Assembly (NCBI GenBank): GCA_052174015.1
Contig: JBQMXM010000004.1
Location: forward strand, 10-64,009
Source: Clostridium sp.
GTDB taxonomy: Bacteria > Bacillota > Clostridia > TANB77 > CAG-508
Direction: 5' to 3'
DNA: 64,000 nucleotides
Shown here: piece by piece, positions 41,745 to 52,154 of the stretch
How positions within the stretch are numbered: position 1 is the stretch's first letter
How the letters are laid out: every line of letters starts with the position of its first letter
Made by a program: the position numbers and the translations under genes
The notes under the pieces: generated by a model
What the model was told of the DNA's origin: nothing
Databases searched by the model: none
Seen by the model: only the letters and a program-made list of their open reading frames with translations

Positions 41745-42785
41745 TTAATTAATATATATTATTTCTCCTTCTCTATCTGTTCTAGATATTTCAGGTAATA
41801 ACTGCATTTGTTTTTTCCTTTTTTTATTATTTGTATTTTTAATTATTTCTTCATATCTTTTAAGCACAATCTTACTTGGATGTGAAAAATTATTATTTTT
41901 TCCACATGATATTACAAACGCAGTTATATTAAATTGTTCTAAAAATTGTATTGTACTAGATGAATTTGAACCATGATGTGCAGATTTTAATATATCTATA
42001 TTTCTATTATTATTTTGTTGTTTAATATTCTCTACTATTTTATCTTCTGCTATTTTTTCAATATCTCCTGTATATAATATTTTTAAATTTTTTGATATGT
42101 ATTTTATTTTAGATTTATACATCATCTTATTAAAATTATCTGTTTGTATAACGTCTTTATTCTTAACTTCATTATATTTATACATATTATTATATCTATA
42201 TCTATATCTATTAATATTAAAATAATTATTACTTTTTAATACTTCTACTAATGCTACAACTGAATTATTATTTAATGAATTTTCTGCTATCTGTTGTATT
42301 TCTGGAAACATTATATCTATCTTAACATATTTGCCAATTTTAAACTTATCACCTTTTTTTACATATATTATTTTAACATTTTTCTTTTTTGCACTCTCAA
42401 TTATATTATTGTATTGTTTTGACATCTTTAGCTGTCTTCCAATTATTAAATTTTTAACTTCTAGTTTTTCAATTATATTTTTAGCTCCACCTGAATGGTC
42501 ACTATCAAAATGTGATAACATTAAATAGTCTATTTTAGTAATACCTTTTTTTAATAAGTATGGATAAAGTATTTTTTTACCAGCAGGATATCTAGGACTT
42601 TCTCCTTCTCCACAATCTATAACTATATTCATATTATCTTTTGTAGTTATAACGCTTGAGTCTCCCTGACCTATATCTACAAAAGAAATTGTATTTCTTT
42701 TTAAGTTAAATACTATACTAAATATTTTTAAAACACTGTATATTATTAAAAATATTATTATTATTTTTTTAAATATTTTAAACAA
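41745..42785 (-). CDS. comEC: ComEC-type metallo-beta-lactamase domain protein (C-terminal part of ComEC as a separate ORF)
   Basis: N-terminal TM helix then the MBL motif LMLSHFDSDHSGG and ...VIDCGEG.... Begins 23 nt after, and in a different frame from, the stop of the ComEC N-domain ORF. Confidence 0.75.
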   Translation of the reverse strand: MFKIFKKIIIIFLIIYSVLKIFSIVFNLKRNTISFVDIGQGDSSVITTKDNMNIVIDCGEGESPRYPAGKKILYPYLLKKGITKIDYLMLSHFDSDHSGGAKNIIEKLEVKNLIIGRQLKMSKQYNNIIESAKKKNVKIIYVKKGDKFKIGKYVKIDIMFPEIQQIAENSLNNNSVVALVEVLKSNNYFNINRYRYRYNNMYKYNEVKNKDVIQTDNFNKMMYKSKIKYISKNLKILYTGDIEKIAEDKIVENIKQQNNNRNIDILKSAHHGSNSSSTIQFLEQFNITAFVISCGKNNNFSHPSKIVLKRYEEIIKNTNNKKRKKQMQLLPEISRTDREGEIIYIN

Positions 42786-42808
42786 TTCTAAATTTAATAT
42801 ATTTAAAT

Positions 42809-45031
42809 TTAATATATTTTTTGTATTTTTTCTATATAATTCTCTGAGGTATTTTGTATATAATTTTGTATATTTCTTTGTATTTTTAAATATACATATA
42901 TCAAAAATATATAATATATAACTATTATTAATATATTTGGTGTAGATACAGTTAAATTTAAAAAATTTAATTTTTGTAATTTTGAGATTATATTTAATAG
43001 TAATGATATACTCTTATCTATAATCATACATATAACTGTCAAAAAAGCTTCTTTAAATATATATTTATTAACTATACTAAGTATAGGAAAAAACATTAGA
43101 TACATTAATCCAACCACTATAATTATTCCGAAAATTGGTAATAATAATATATTTGCAAATATGAAATTTAAGTTGATTGTTCCAAAATTATACCACATTA
43201 CAGGAAGAATAATTATTGATACTGCTATAGAGTTTAAGATTGCAACAATTGTAATACTAATTATTTTTTCTAATATATATATATTAATTTTTTGTATTTG
43301 AAAAAATATATCTTTCATTCTAACTTTACTATATCTATTAAAATGTTGTATATTACTTCTACTTGTTTCTTTTAATTGATATCTCATTTTTAATCCATTT
43401 AATTTTTCTGTATATATATAGTAATAGTTATATATTTTAATAATGCTATTAATAATATTATTAATGATGTTATTCTTATTCTTCTTGTTTGTGTTATTCT
43501 TAGTGTTAGTATATGTTAATCTAAATAACTTTTTAATATCTATTATTAATATATTTGTATAAATTATACTTATAGCTCCTAAAAATGATAAATACAATCC
43601 TATATCTATAATCTTATATGGTCTTAATATTAAAATTATACATAATATACAAGATAAATAATATTTAAAGTCTGCTTTAATATTTAATAGTTCTAATATA
43701 CTTTTTAAAATCACTATACCACCTGCTCTTAAGACAGATGATGAAAATCCAACTATAACTATAAATGGAGAGATTATTAATATATATATTAAATTTTTAA
43801 TTATTTTACCAACTTTAATCTTGTTTGAAATTGTATCAAGTATCAATATTAAATATGCTAAATGTGTTCCAGATACTGCCAGTATATGATAAATGTTAAC
43901 ATTTTTAAATTCTTCTTTAACCTCTTCATCTATATTATTAGTATCTGCAATTATTAATCCTTGTATTATTGCACTATTTTTAAATCTTTTAGCTATTTCA
44001 CTTTTAAAATCCTCCCTATATCTTAATATTTTTTGTATTATTTTGTGTTTAAACAATATTAATTTTAAAAAAATATTATCAATACTAGAATTATTTTGTT
44101 TATAAATATTATCATTATGATTAATAATCTTAAAATATATTTTTTTAGAATAATTTGCATATCTTAAATTATACCCCTTATAGTTTCTTTTAAAATCGTA
44201 TTTTTCAAGCCTTCCTTGTACTAAATATATTTTACCTAATTCATAATCTTTTTTAGTTTGTATTTCAGAAAATACTGTTGTATAACAATTTTCACCATTA
44301 CTTTTAAGTATCGCTACAATATATTTTTTATTATTTTTTTGTATCCTTTTATCTAAGAAATATACTATGTATTTTCCTTTACCAAGTGTATGGATTTCTT
44401 GTTTCTTATATTTTTGTTTCCATGCTTTAATATCATCTTTCAAATAATTTTGCTCTATATATTCTGTTTCTTCTATATATTGATTATCCTTAATATTATT
44501 ACTCTTGCTCTTACTATTTTTAGGAACAAATCTAATAACTTTTTCTGCTATCTTTTTTTCTTGCAATATATTATCATGTATATACATTTTTTCTATATAC
44601 ATATTGTTTAATGAAAAAATAATAAATGTTAATATACTTACAAAAATTATTATTTTTATTCTTTTCTTATATATTATTTTGTTATTATATTTGTTATTAT
44701 ATTTTAAACTATATTCTATACTTTTCTTACTATACATCACATAAATATATTGTATTAAAATGTGTATTAAAATATATATTAAAATTAAGAATATTATTAA
44801 TAAACATAACTTTATTATGATTAATGTATATTCTATTTTTAAATACTTACTTATTATCTGATTCAATATTTTTGTGTTGGAAGTTTTTAGATATATTTTC
44901 TGTAAGTTAGTTATTTCTGTTATGTATTTTTTACTATATATTTTATCTAATATTTGATTATTAAAAAAAGTTGGGAAATCCATTATTCCCCAACTTATAC
45001 CTAATATTATTCCAATTAATATATTATACAT
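42809..45031 (-). CDS. comEC: ComEC/Rec2 competence membrane channel, N-terminal part (DUF4131 plus competence domain), with extra N-terminal and internal insertions
   Basis: OB-fold region YIVAILKSNGENCYTTVF...LVQGRLEKY. Competence-domain motif HILAVSGTHLAYLIL...SSVLRAGG. Many TM helices. 740 aa with no MBL domain. Confidence 0.75.
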   Translation of the reverse strand: MYNILIGIILGISWGIMDFPTFFNNQILDKIYSKKYITEITNLQKIYLKTSNTKILNQIISKYLKIEYTLIIIKLCLLIIFLILIYILIHILIQYIYVMYSKKSIEYSLKYNNKYNNKIIYKKRIKIIIFVSILTFIIFSLNNMYIEKMYIHDNILQEKKIAEKVIRFVPKNSKSKSNNIKDNQYIEETEYIEQNYLKDDIKAWKQKYKKQEIHTLGKGKYIVYFLDKRIQKNNKKYIVAILKSNGENCYTTVFSEIQTKKDYELGKIYLVQGRLEKYDFKRNYKGYNLRYANYSKKIYFKIINHNDNIYKQNNSSIDNIFLKLILFKHKIIQKILRYREDFKSEIAKRFKNSAIIQGLIIADTNNIDEEVKEEFKNVNIYHILAVSGTHLAYLILILDTISNKIKVGKIIKNLIYILIISPFIVIVGFSSSVLRAGGIVILKSILELLNIKADFKYYLSCILCIILILRPYKIIDIGLYLSFLGAISIIYTNILIIDIKKLFRLTYTNTKNNTNKKNKNNIINNIINSIIKIYNYYYIYTEKLNGLKMRYQLKETSRSNIQHFNRYSKVRMKDIFFQIQKINIYILEKIISITIVAILNSIAVSIIILPVMWYNFGTINLNFIFANILLLPIFGIIIVVGLMYLMFFPILSIVNKYIFKEAFLTVICMIIDKSISLLLNIISKLQKLNFLNLTVSTPNILIIVIYYIFLIYVYLKIQRNIQNYIQNTSENYIEKIQKIY

Positions 45032-45068
45032 TTAATATTTTGATTGCCTACATTATATTATTGTATGA

Positions 45069-45731
45069 TTATATTTGTTTTGTAAAATCTTTTAATATCC
45101 ATGTTTCTGTGTCTTCTACTTCTATTTTTATCCATCTATTAATTTCTTCTACAACCTTATACTTATTTCCTTTTTTAAGCTTAGAATTTTCTAAAGCATA
45201 TATTACAGGAAATGTTCTTCCTACTGTATCTTCAGTAATTTCTATTTTTTCTGTTATTTTAGATATTTCTTCTATCTTTTTATCTTCTTTCTTATTTTCT
45301 TCTTTTTTCTTATCTGTATCTGCTTTTTTATCAGTAGTATTTTTTGAATCTTTTTTATTTTCTGTCTGATTATTATTTGTTGTGCTTTTTGTACTATTTG
45401 TACTATTTGTATTATTTCCATTATTTAATTTAGGTATGTCTTCTTTTTTACCAACTAAAGTTACAAATTCTTTTTTCATATATCCTTTAGTTCCTTCATA
45501 ATCTAAATGATACCACTCATCATTTTCACCTAATATTTCTACTACATCTGTTAGAAATAGGTTTTTAACTACTTCTGAATTTGTTGATGGTTCTTTTCTT
45601 AAACGAATATTACTTTCGTTTACCTTTCCTGTAACTGCATATGATTTTAAATTATACATACCAAACATAAATGTATTTAATATACTTAATATTATTATAC
45701 TCACTAATATTTTTCTTACTTTTTTACTCAT
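45069..45731 (-). CDS. Secreted protein with two bacterial SH3-like domains separated by an N/T/K-rich linker
   Basis: Signal peptide/TM at the N-terminus. SH3b-like segments (TGKVNESNIRLRKEPSTNSEVVKNLFLTDVVEILGENDEWYHLDYEG and GNKYKVVEEINRWIKIE). Confidence 0.5.
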   Translation of the reverse strand: MSKKVRKILVSIIILSILNTFMFGMYNLKSYAVTGKVNESNIRLRKEPSTNSEVVKNLFLTDVVEILGENDEWYHLDYEGTKGYMKKEFVTLVGKKEDIPKLNNGNNTNSTNSTKSTTNNNQTENKKDSKNTTDKKADTDKKKEENKKEDKKIEEISKITEKIEITEDTVGRTFPVIYALENSKLKKGNKYKVVEEINRWIKIEVEDTETWILKDFTKQI

Positions 45732-45775
45732 AATAACCTCTTTATTAACATCATAATTTTTATTGATATAGATAC

Positions 45776-47611
45776 CTATATTTTATCTTCTGTTTCGTCT
45801 AGTTGTAAATGTTCTTTAATTACTGAAATATGTAATTCTTCTAATTGTTCATCAGATATTTTTGAAGGTGCATCAATCATTTGGTCTCTTGCCTTCTTGT
45901 TTTTTGGAAAAGCTATAACTTCTCTTAAGTTTGTTTCTTCATTTAAAAGCATTACTATTCTATCTAATCCTGGTGCTGCTCCAGCATGTGGTGGTGCTCC
46001 ATACTGAAATGCTGTATACAGTGCTTTAAATCTTTTAAGTAATTCTTCTTTTGTATAACCAAGTACTCCAAAAACTTCTTCCATCATATTAATATCATGA
46101 TTTCTAACTGCTCCTGATGTTATTTCAAACCCATTACATACTACATCATATTGATATGCTAAAATATCTAAAGGATTTTTTGTCCTTATTTCTTCTAATG
46201 TGCATTGTGGCATTGAAAATGGATTATGTGCAAAATCTAATTTTGCATCATCTGTTTCTTCATACATTGGAAAGTCTGTTATGAAACAAAACCTATATTC
46301 ATTAGTATCTATTAATTCTGCTACTTCTGCTAATTCTATTCTTAAATTACCTGCAAGTGTTTGTGCAACCTTTTTGTCTTTATCTGAAATTACAAATAAT
46401 GAATAATTTGAATAATCAGATATTATTGTTTCTTTTGTTTCTGCAAGTTTTGTATAATTATTATCTATTGCTAATTGTTCTGTTTGTTTATGTTTATTTA
46501 TTAACTTAGTATATATATCATCAGTAATAAATTTTGAAATTCCTCCTGAGCGTTCATTGTTTTCAATTTTAACCCATCCAAGTCCTGTTGCTCCATAATC
46601 TTTTTTTAACTTTTCTGTTAATTTATCATATGTTTTTCTACTAAATGTTTTTGGTAATAAAATCATATAGCTTGTATTTTGACTATATATATCTACATCT
46701 TTTAATTCTTCTGTTACATTAACATTTATTAATGGATGTCTTAAATCTGGTTTATCTATACCATATAATTCCATTGATGTATTATATGGTATTTTTCTAA
46801 ATGGTATTTTATCTACTTTTTTTGTAGTATTTTTTGTAAATACATCATATAGTAATCCTTCTAAAACTTCAAAAACGTCTTCTTGAGTTGCAAAACTCAT
46901 TTCAAAGTCTAATTGATAAAATTCACAAGGTGATCTATCTGCTCTTGGATCTTCATCTCTAAAGCATGGTGCTATTTGATAATATTTATCAAATCCTGAT
47001 ACCATTAATAATTGTTTAAATTGTTGTGGAGCTTGTGGAAGTGCATAAAATTCTCCTGGGTGCAATCTACTTGGTATTAAATAGTCGCGCGCTCCTTCAG
47101 GTGATGAGTTTGCAAATATTGGTGTTTGAATTTCTAAAAATCCTGCATTATCCATATATGCTCTCATATCTTTCATTATTTTAGCTCTTCTTATAATATT
47201 TTGATGTATCTTATTATTTCTCAAATCTAAAAAACGATATTTTAATCTTAAATCTTCCTTATTATTTTTATATTCTTCATTAATTTCAAAAGGTAGATTT
47301 TTAACTGCTACTGATAAAACTTCAATATCATTAGCTATTACTTCTATATCTCCTGTATATATATTATTATTAACACTTTCTCTTTGTACAACTTCTCCCT
47401 TTATCTTAATTGTACTTTCTTTTATTAAATTACTAGCTATTTCTTTTAGATTTTCATCATGTACTACTATTTGTGTAATACCATAATGGTCTCTTAAATC
47501 AATAAATATCATTGAACCTAAATCACGAACTTTAGCAACAAATCCTGCTAGTGTTACATTTTCACCTATATTATTTTTTGTTAATTCATTACATGTATGT
47601 GTTCTATACAT
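45776..47611 (-). CDS. aspS: Aspartate--tRNA ligase
   Basis: N-terminal OB anticodon-binding domain. Class II motif 2 FRDEDPRADRSPCEFYQLD. C-terminal motif 3 GAAPGLDR. Confidence 0.95.
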   Translation of the reverse strand: MYRTHTCNELTKNNIGENVTLAGFVAKVRDLGSMIFIDLRDHYGITQIVVHDENLKEIASNLIKESTIKIKGEVVQRESVNNNIYTGDIEVIANDIEVLSVAVKNLPFEINEEYKNNKEDLRLKYRFLDLRNNKIHQNIIRRAKIMKDMRAYMDNAGFLEIQTPIFANSSPEGARDYLIPSRLHPGEFYALPQAPQQFKQLLMVSGFDKYYQIAPCFRDEDPRADRSPCEFYQLDFEMSFATQEDVFEVLEGLLYDVFTKNTTKKVDKIPFRKIPYNTSMELYGIDKPDLRHPLINVNVTEELKDVDIYSQNTSYMILLPKTFSRKTYDKLTEKLKKDYGATGLGWVKIENNERSGGISKFITDDIYTKLINKHKQTEQLAIDNNYTKLAETKETIISDYSNYSLFVISDKDKKVAQTLAGNLRIELAEVAELIDTNEYRFCFITDFPMYEETDDAKLDFAHNPFSMPQCTLEEIRTKNPLDILAYQYDVVCNGFEITSGAVRNHDINMMEEVFGVLGYTKEELLKRFKALYTAFQYGAPPHAGAAPGLDRIVMLLNEETNLREVIAFPKNKKARDQMIDAPSKISDEQLEELHISVIKEHLQLDETEDKI

Positions 47612-47689
47612 TTCTTACCTCTATCTATCTTTTATTATAATTATATCTTATCACATATATATTTTTTTTAAAATACTTTAATACAAAGT

Positions 47690-49123
47690 TTACATAGATT
47701 TTTCTAATATATCTACAAATAATATGTTTTGTATTCTTTCACTTCCTTCTTTTAAAATATATGTTACCATTTTTCCTTCTACTTTTTTTAAAATCTTATC
47801 ATACTTAATATATTTTTCTAATATATCTATTATTTCTTTAACTAAGTTATCTATGTCTATGTCTATATCTATATCTGTATTTTTATTTATATTTATATTT
47901 TCATCTATATTATTATATAACAAACTAATCTTATTTAAATATTCTTTTTTCCACTCTATTATAGTTTTATCTATATCTAAATTTTCTTTTAAATCTTGTT
48001 CTGAATCTTGTTTTAAATTATCTTTTAAAAAATATGATATTCCATATTTTGTTCTTAATCCTAATATATGTTTTTCAATAATATAGTCTTTTAAACTTTG
48101 TTTTTCTTCTATATTTAATATACTATTATTTAATAAATTATTACTTAATTTAGTGTTTAATTTGTTGTTTACAATATTAGTATTAGTATTACCATTAATA
48201 CTATCAATATATCTATTAATATCTCTTATTGTTGATATCCTTAAATTACCTAAATATGAAGCAGATGATACTCCATAACCTATATAGTTTTTTTGCATCC
48301 AGCAATTTAAATTATGCTTACATTCATAACCTTTTTTAGCATAATTTGAAACTTCATACATTAAATAATTATTTTGTTTTAATATTTTTTGTGCTAGCTC
48401 TATTTGTTTTTCTTCCTCATCTGTATCCAAATTATATTTGTTTTTTTGTATATCTTGATACATCTTTGTTTTTTCAGATAATATTAATGAATATAGTGAA
48501 ATATGTGTTGGATTTTTATCTATTACTTTTTTTAATGTATCTTCTAAATTTTTGGTAGTTTGTGTTGGCAATGCATACATTAAATCAACATTTATATTTT
48601 TAAAATATTTAGACACAATATCATATGCATATTCAAATTGCTGATATGTATGTATCCTACCTATTGATTTTAATAATCTATCATCTGCAGTTTGTAAACC
48701 TATACTCACTCTATTTATCCCAGTTTCCTTATATTTTTTAACTTTTTCTTCTGTTATACTTTCTGGATTACATTCTATAGTTATCTCTATATCTTTATCT
48801 AAAATGTATTTAGTTTGTATAGTTTTTAATATTTTTTGTATATCTACTATTTCTAATATACTTGGAGTTCCTCCTCCAAAAAATATTGTATCTATAGTAA
48901 TATTATTTTTAACTGTTTTATCATCTATTATATATTCATTTTGTATTTGATTTATCAATGCATCTATATATTTATTATATATTTCTGTATTAAATTTTTT
49001 TGAGTAAAAATCACAATATGTACATTTTTGTTTGCAAAATGGTATATGTATATATATTCCTACCTTTTCATTATGTTTTTTTTCATTATTTCTAATCATC
49101 CTACTTACTACTTTCACTATCAA
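47690..49123 (-). CDS. hemW: Radical SAM HemW/HemN-like protein with C-terminal extension
   Basis: GIYIHIPFCKQKCTYCDFYS radical-SAM CxxxCxxC motif and HemN-like core. About 100 extra N/D/I-rich C-terminal residues. Overlaps the whiA start by 23 nt. Confidence 0.75.
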   Translation of the reverse strand: MIVKVVSRMIRNNEKKHNEKVGIYIHIPFCKQKCTYCDFYSKKFNTEIYNKYIDALINQIQNEYIIDDKTVKNNITIDTIFFGGGTPSILEIVDIQKILKTIQTKYILDKDIEITIECNPESITEEKVKKYKETGINRVSIGLQTADDRLLKSIGRIHTYQQFEYAYDIVSKYFKNINVDLMYALPTQTTKNLEDTLKKVIDKNPTHISLYSLILSEKTKMYQDIQKNKYNLDTDEEEKQIELAQKILKQNNYLMYEVSNYAKKGYECKHNLNCWMQKNYIGYGVSSASYLGNLRISTIRDINRYIDSINGNTNTNIVNNKLNTKLSNNLLNNSILNIEEKQSLKDYIIEKHILGLRTKYGISYFLKDNLKQDSEQDLKENLDIDKTIIEWKKEYLNKISLLYNNIDENININKNTDIDIDIDIDNLVKEIIDILEKYIKYDKILKKVEGKMVTYILKEGSERIQNILFVDILEKSM

Positions 49124-50075
49124 TTTTATTCCTATGTTCTATATATATATCTTCAATTAACTTAAACCTATTTGTTGCTGAAGTTTTTGATATTTTTAAT
49201 ATATCAGCTATTTCTTTAAAACTTGCATCTACATTTTGTTTTCTAACTTTAATAAATTCTTTTTGTTTCTCAGATAGTCTATTAATTAGATTATTTTCTT
49301 CTAAATAATCTATAACTTTTAATTGATATGTACTTGTTTTCATTTTTTTAGCTAAGTTTGCAACTTCAAAATTAACACTCCTGTTAATATTACCATTAAT
49401 TTCTTTTGCTATCCTAATTTCTTCAAATTCTAACAGTTTTTTAGTTATACCTAAATTTGCAAGTAACATATATATATTTTCTCCTGTACTTAAAATATAC
49501 GTGTATATTTTTTGCTCATTATTTACTTTAACATTATTTGCTTTAAAACTATATTGCTCAGATATCTTTTTAAAGATATTATTTTTTAAAATTTCTATAG
49601 CATCTATACTTATACAATTTTCTAATATATTTAACGAATATTTAAAACTTGCTTTGTATTCTTGTTTTGGATCTGAAATTTTAAAATCATTTAAAAGCAC
49701 ACCTTGTATATATGCATTAATATCAACTGTATCTAACTTACTAATTATCTCAACTATTTTTAAAATTTCTACTTTTAAAATAGTTATACTATATCCATTT
49801 AGAAAAGTATTATCAGTACTTTTATAAATAACCTTATCTTGTATATTCAATAATTCTTTTAAGATATCACAATATATTTTTAAAACATTTTCATTTGAAT
49901 TAGTATATATATATTTATTAGTATCATACATTTTTAAATTTGTTGATGTTATCATAGATAATAGTATCAAAAGATTATTGTCTATTGTATTTTGTTTTGT
50001 CTTATATATTTTTTTTAAAATTTCTATTTGAATTTGTTTTTTAAAACTATTAACATCTTTAATATTATTTTTCAT
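49101..50075 (-). CDS. whiA: DNA-binding protein WhiA
   Basis: C-terminal LEFEEIRIAKEINGNINRSVNFEVANLAKKM matches B. subtilis WhiA [40 protein letters not shown]-like middle domain ...QGVLLNDFKISDP.... HTH at the C-terminus. Confidence 0.8.
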   Translation of the reverse strand: MKNNIKDVNSFKKQIQIEILKKIYKTKQNTIDNNLLILLSMITSTNLKMYDTNKYIYTNSNENVLKIYCDILKELLNIQDKVIYKSTDNTFLNGYSITILKVEILKIVEIISKLDTVDINAYIQGVLLNDFKISDPKQEYKASFKYSLNILENCISIDAIEILKNNIFKKISEQYSFKANNVKVNNEQKIYTYILSTGENIYMLLANLGITKKLLEFEEIRIAKEINGNINRSVNFEVANLAKKMKTSTYQLKVIDYLEENNLINRLSEKQKEFIKVRKQNVDASFKEIADILKISKTSATNRFKLIEDIYIEHRNKIDSESSK

Positions 50076-50143
50076 TTATCACCTTATCTATTTAGTTACA
50101 TTTTACTTTTAAATTTTTATTTCTATTTTCTATTTATGTTTAT

Positions 50144-52120
50144 CTATTTTAAAGTTATTATACATACTCTATCTCTACCTGCTAAATCTTGAATAGTTTC
50201 CACATTCAGATTATTTTTATTACATATATTTTCTATCTCTTTTCTTTGTTTGTACCCTATCTCAAGTAATATATATTTTGACATATCTTTATCTATATCA
50301 TCTTTGTTTACATCTGTATTTTTTAAATACCTATTACCTTTTTCTAAAATTTCTATATAATATTTTAATCCATCTTTTCCACCAAATAGTGCAATATGTG
50401 GTTCTTTTAGAGTATCTAATTCTAAGATTTCATCTTCTCTAATATATGGTGGATTTGCAAATATTATATCAAAATAGTTATAGTATTCTTTTGACAGATT
50501 TTTAAACATATCTGAACATATTAAATGTATATTATTATCCAAACTATATTTAGATATATTTTTTTTAGCTATTTCTAATGCTTTTTTTGATATATCTAAT
50601 GCATATATATTAACATATTCTAATATTTTATCACCATATTTTTTTTCTAATTCTTTTAATACACATATACTAAGTGCTGCACTTCCTGTACATAATTCTA
50701 GTATCTCTATTTTTTCTGTTGTATTTTTATCTATATTTTTTTGAATCTTTTCACATATTTTTTTAATTGTACTATGTATTAATATTTCACTATCATATCT
50801 CGGAATAAGTACATTTTCATCTACATAAAATGAATATCCATATATATATGCTGTGTTTGTAATGTATGCAAGTGGAATATTTGATGCAAATTTCAATAAC
50901 ATTTTTTTAATTTTTTGATAATCTTCTTCTGATATAATTATCTTTTCTGCTACATTTTTTAAATATTCTGTTTTTGAAATACCAGTTACATTTTGTATAA
51001 TTTCCCAAATAGCTTGATATATATATTCTGTGTCTTCCATATCTTCTATATCTTCTATATCTTCTGTATTAAAATTATTAGTTATATTATGCATTTTCGC
51101 TATTGTAAATTTATATAATTCTTCTACTATTTCAAGAATTGTTTTTTGTAATCTTTCAAGTATAATATATTTTCTTTTAACTTTCATATTATTTATACTA
51201 CAAACTCCATATAGTTTTGATGATATATATATTAAATACTCTCCATCTATAAAGTCTGGTATATCTTTTCCATTTAATTTTTGTATATCTTTTTTTAAAA
51301 ATTCTAAATTTGTATCAAGTCCTTTTAAATATGCATCTTTTCTAAATTCTGGTAAATATATTTTAGGCATTTTAGTATTTTCTAATATTTCTGTTTCTGT
51401 AAATATACATCTTTTATTTTCTTGATTTAATACATCTTGATTTAGTTCTTCTAGCTTTATACTATTTTCTTTACTCATATTTGATACAGCTATTCTTTCT
51501 AAATCTGTCATTACAGCTACTGTACCTAATTTTTCTGCAATATCTGAAATTACTTGCCTAATATATGTTCCTGAACTTACATGTAATTCAAATTCTAACT
51601 CATACTTATCTACAAACTTAATATTACATATATCATATATATAGATTTCTTTTTGTTTTTGCTTTGCTTTTTCTTTAGCTAATGAGATATCTTTTCTAGC
51701 TATTTCATATAGTTTTTGCCCATCAATTTTTCTAGATGAAAATATTGGAGTTTTTTGTAATTGTTTTCCTTTCATATTTTCAATTACATTAAATATTTCT
51801 TTTTTAATTTCTGATATATTTTTAACTTTTTTAAAAAAATCTTTATCTTCAAAAATCACTTTCCCTTCTAAATCTAAAGTATCTGTAGTTACTCCTAATT
51901 TCATTCTAGTAATATATTTTTTGTCTTTTTCTATTAAATAGTTTGCAAGTTTGCAACTTTGTCCTAGCAATATTGGTAACACTCCTCGTGCTTTAGGGTC
52001 TAATGTTCCAATATGTCCAGCTTTTGCATTTAATTTTTTAGAAACTATATTAACTGCGTCTCTTGAAGTAACTCCTTCTTCCTTATATATTACTATTATT
52101 CCTGAATTAATCTTTTTCAC
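50144..52120 (-). CDS. truB: Fusion protein: tRNA pseudouridine(55) synthase TruB (N-terminal, about 330 aa) plus HemK/PrmC-family N5-glutamine methyltransferase (C-terminal, about 300 aa)
   Basis: N-terminal AGHIGTLDPKARGVLPILLGQ TruB catalytic motif and PUA-like region. Acidic linker DIEDIEDMEDTEY. C-terminal PLAYITNTAYIYGYSFYVDENVLIPRYDSE, SAM motif ILELCTGSAALS and FANPPYI (NPPY). One uninterrupted 658-aa ORF. Confidence 0.8.
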   Translation of the reverse strand: MKKINSGIIVIYKEEGVTSRDAVNIVSKKLNAKAGHIGTLDPKARGVLPILLGQSCKLANYLIEKDKKYITRMKLGVTTDTLDLEGKVIFEDKDFFKKVKNISEIKKEIFNVIENMKGKQLQKTPIFSSRKIDGQKLYEIARKDISLAKEKAKQKQKEIYIYDICNIKFVDKYELEFELHVSSGTYIRQVISDIAEKLGTVAVMTDLERIAVSNMSKENSIKLEELNQDVLNQENKRCIFTETEILENTKMPKIYLPEFRKDAYLKGLDTNLEFLKKDIQKLNGKDIPDFIDGEYLIYISSKLYGVCSINNMKVKRKYIILERLQKTILEIVEELYKFTIAKMHNITNNFNTEDIEDIEDMEDTEYIYQAIWEIIQNVTGISKTEYLKNVAEKIIISEEDYQKIKKMLLKFASNIPLAYITNTAYIYGYSFYVDENVLIPRYDSEILIHSTIKKICEKIQKNIDKNTTEKIEILELCTGSAALSICVLKELEKKYGDKILEYVNIYALDISKKALEIAKKNISKYSLDNNIHLICSDMFKNLSKEYYNYFDIIFANPPYIREDEILELDTLKEPHIALFGGKDGLKYYIEILEKGNRYLKNTDVNKDDIDKDMSKYILLEIGYKQRKEIENICNKNNLNVETIQDLAGRDRVCIITLK

Positions 52121-52154
52121 TACTCACCTTCCTAATCTGTATAATTATATATAT

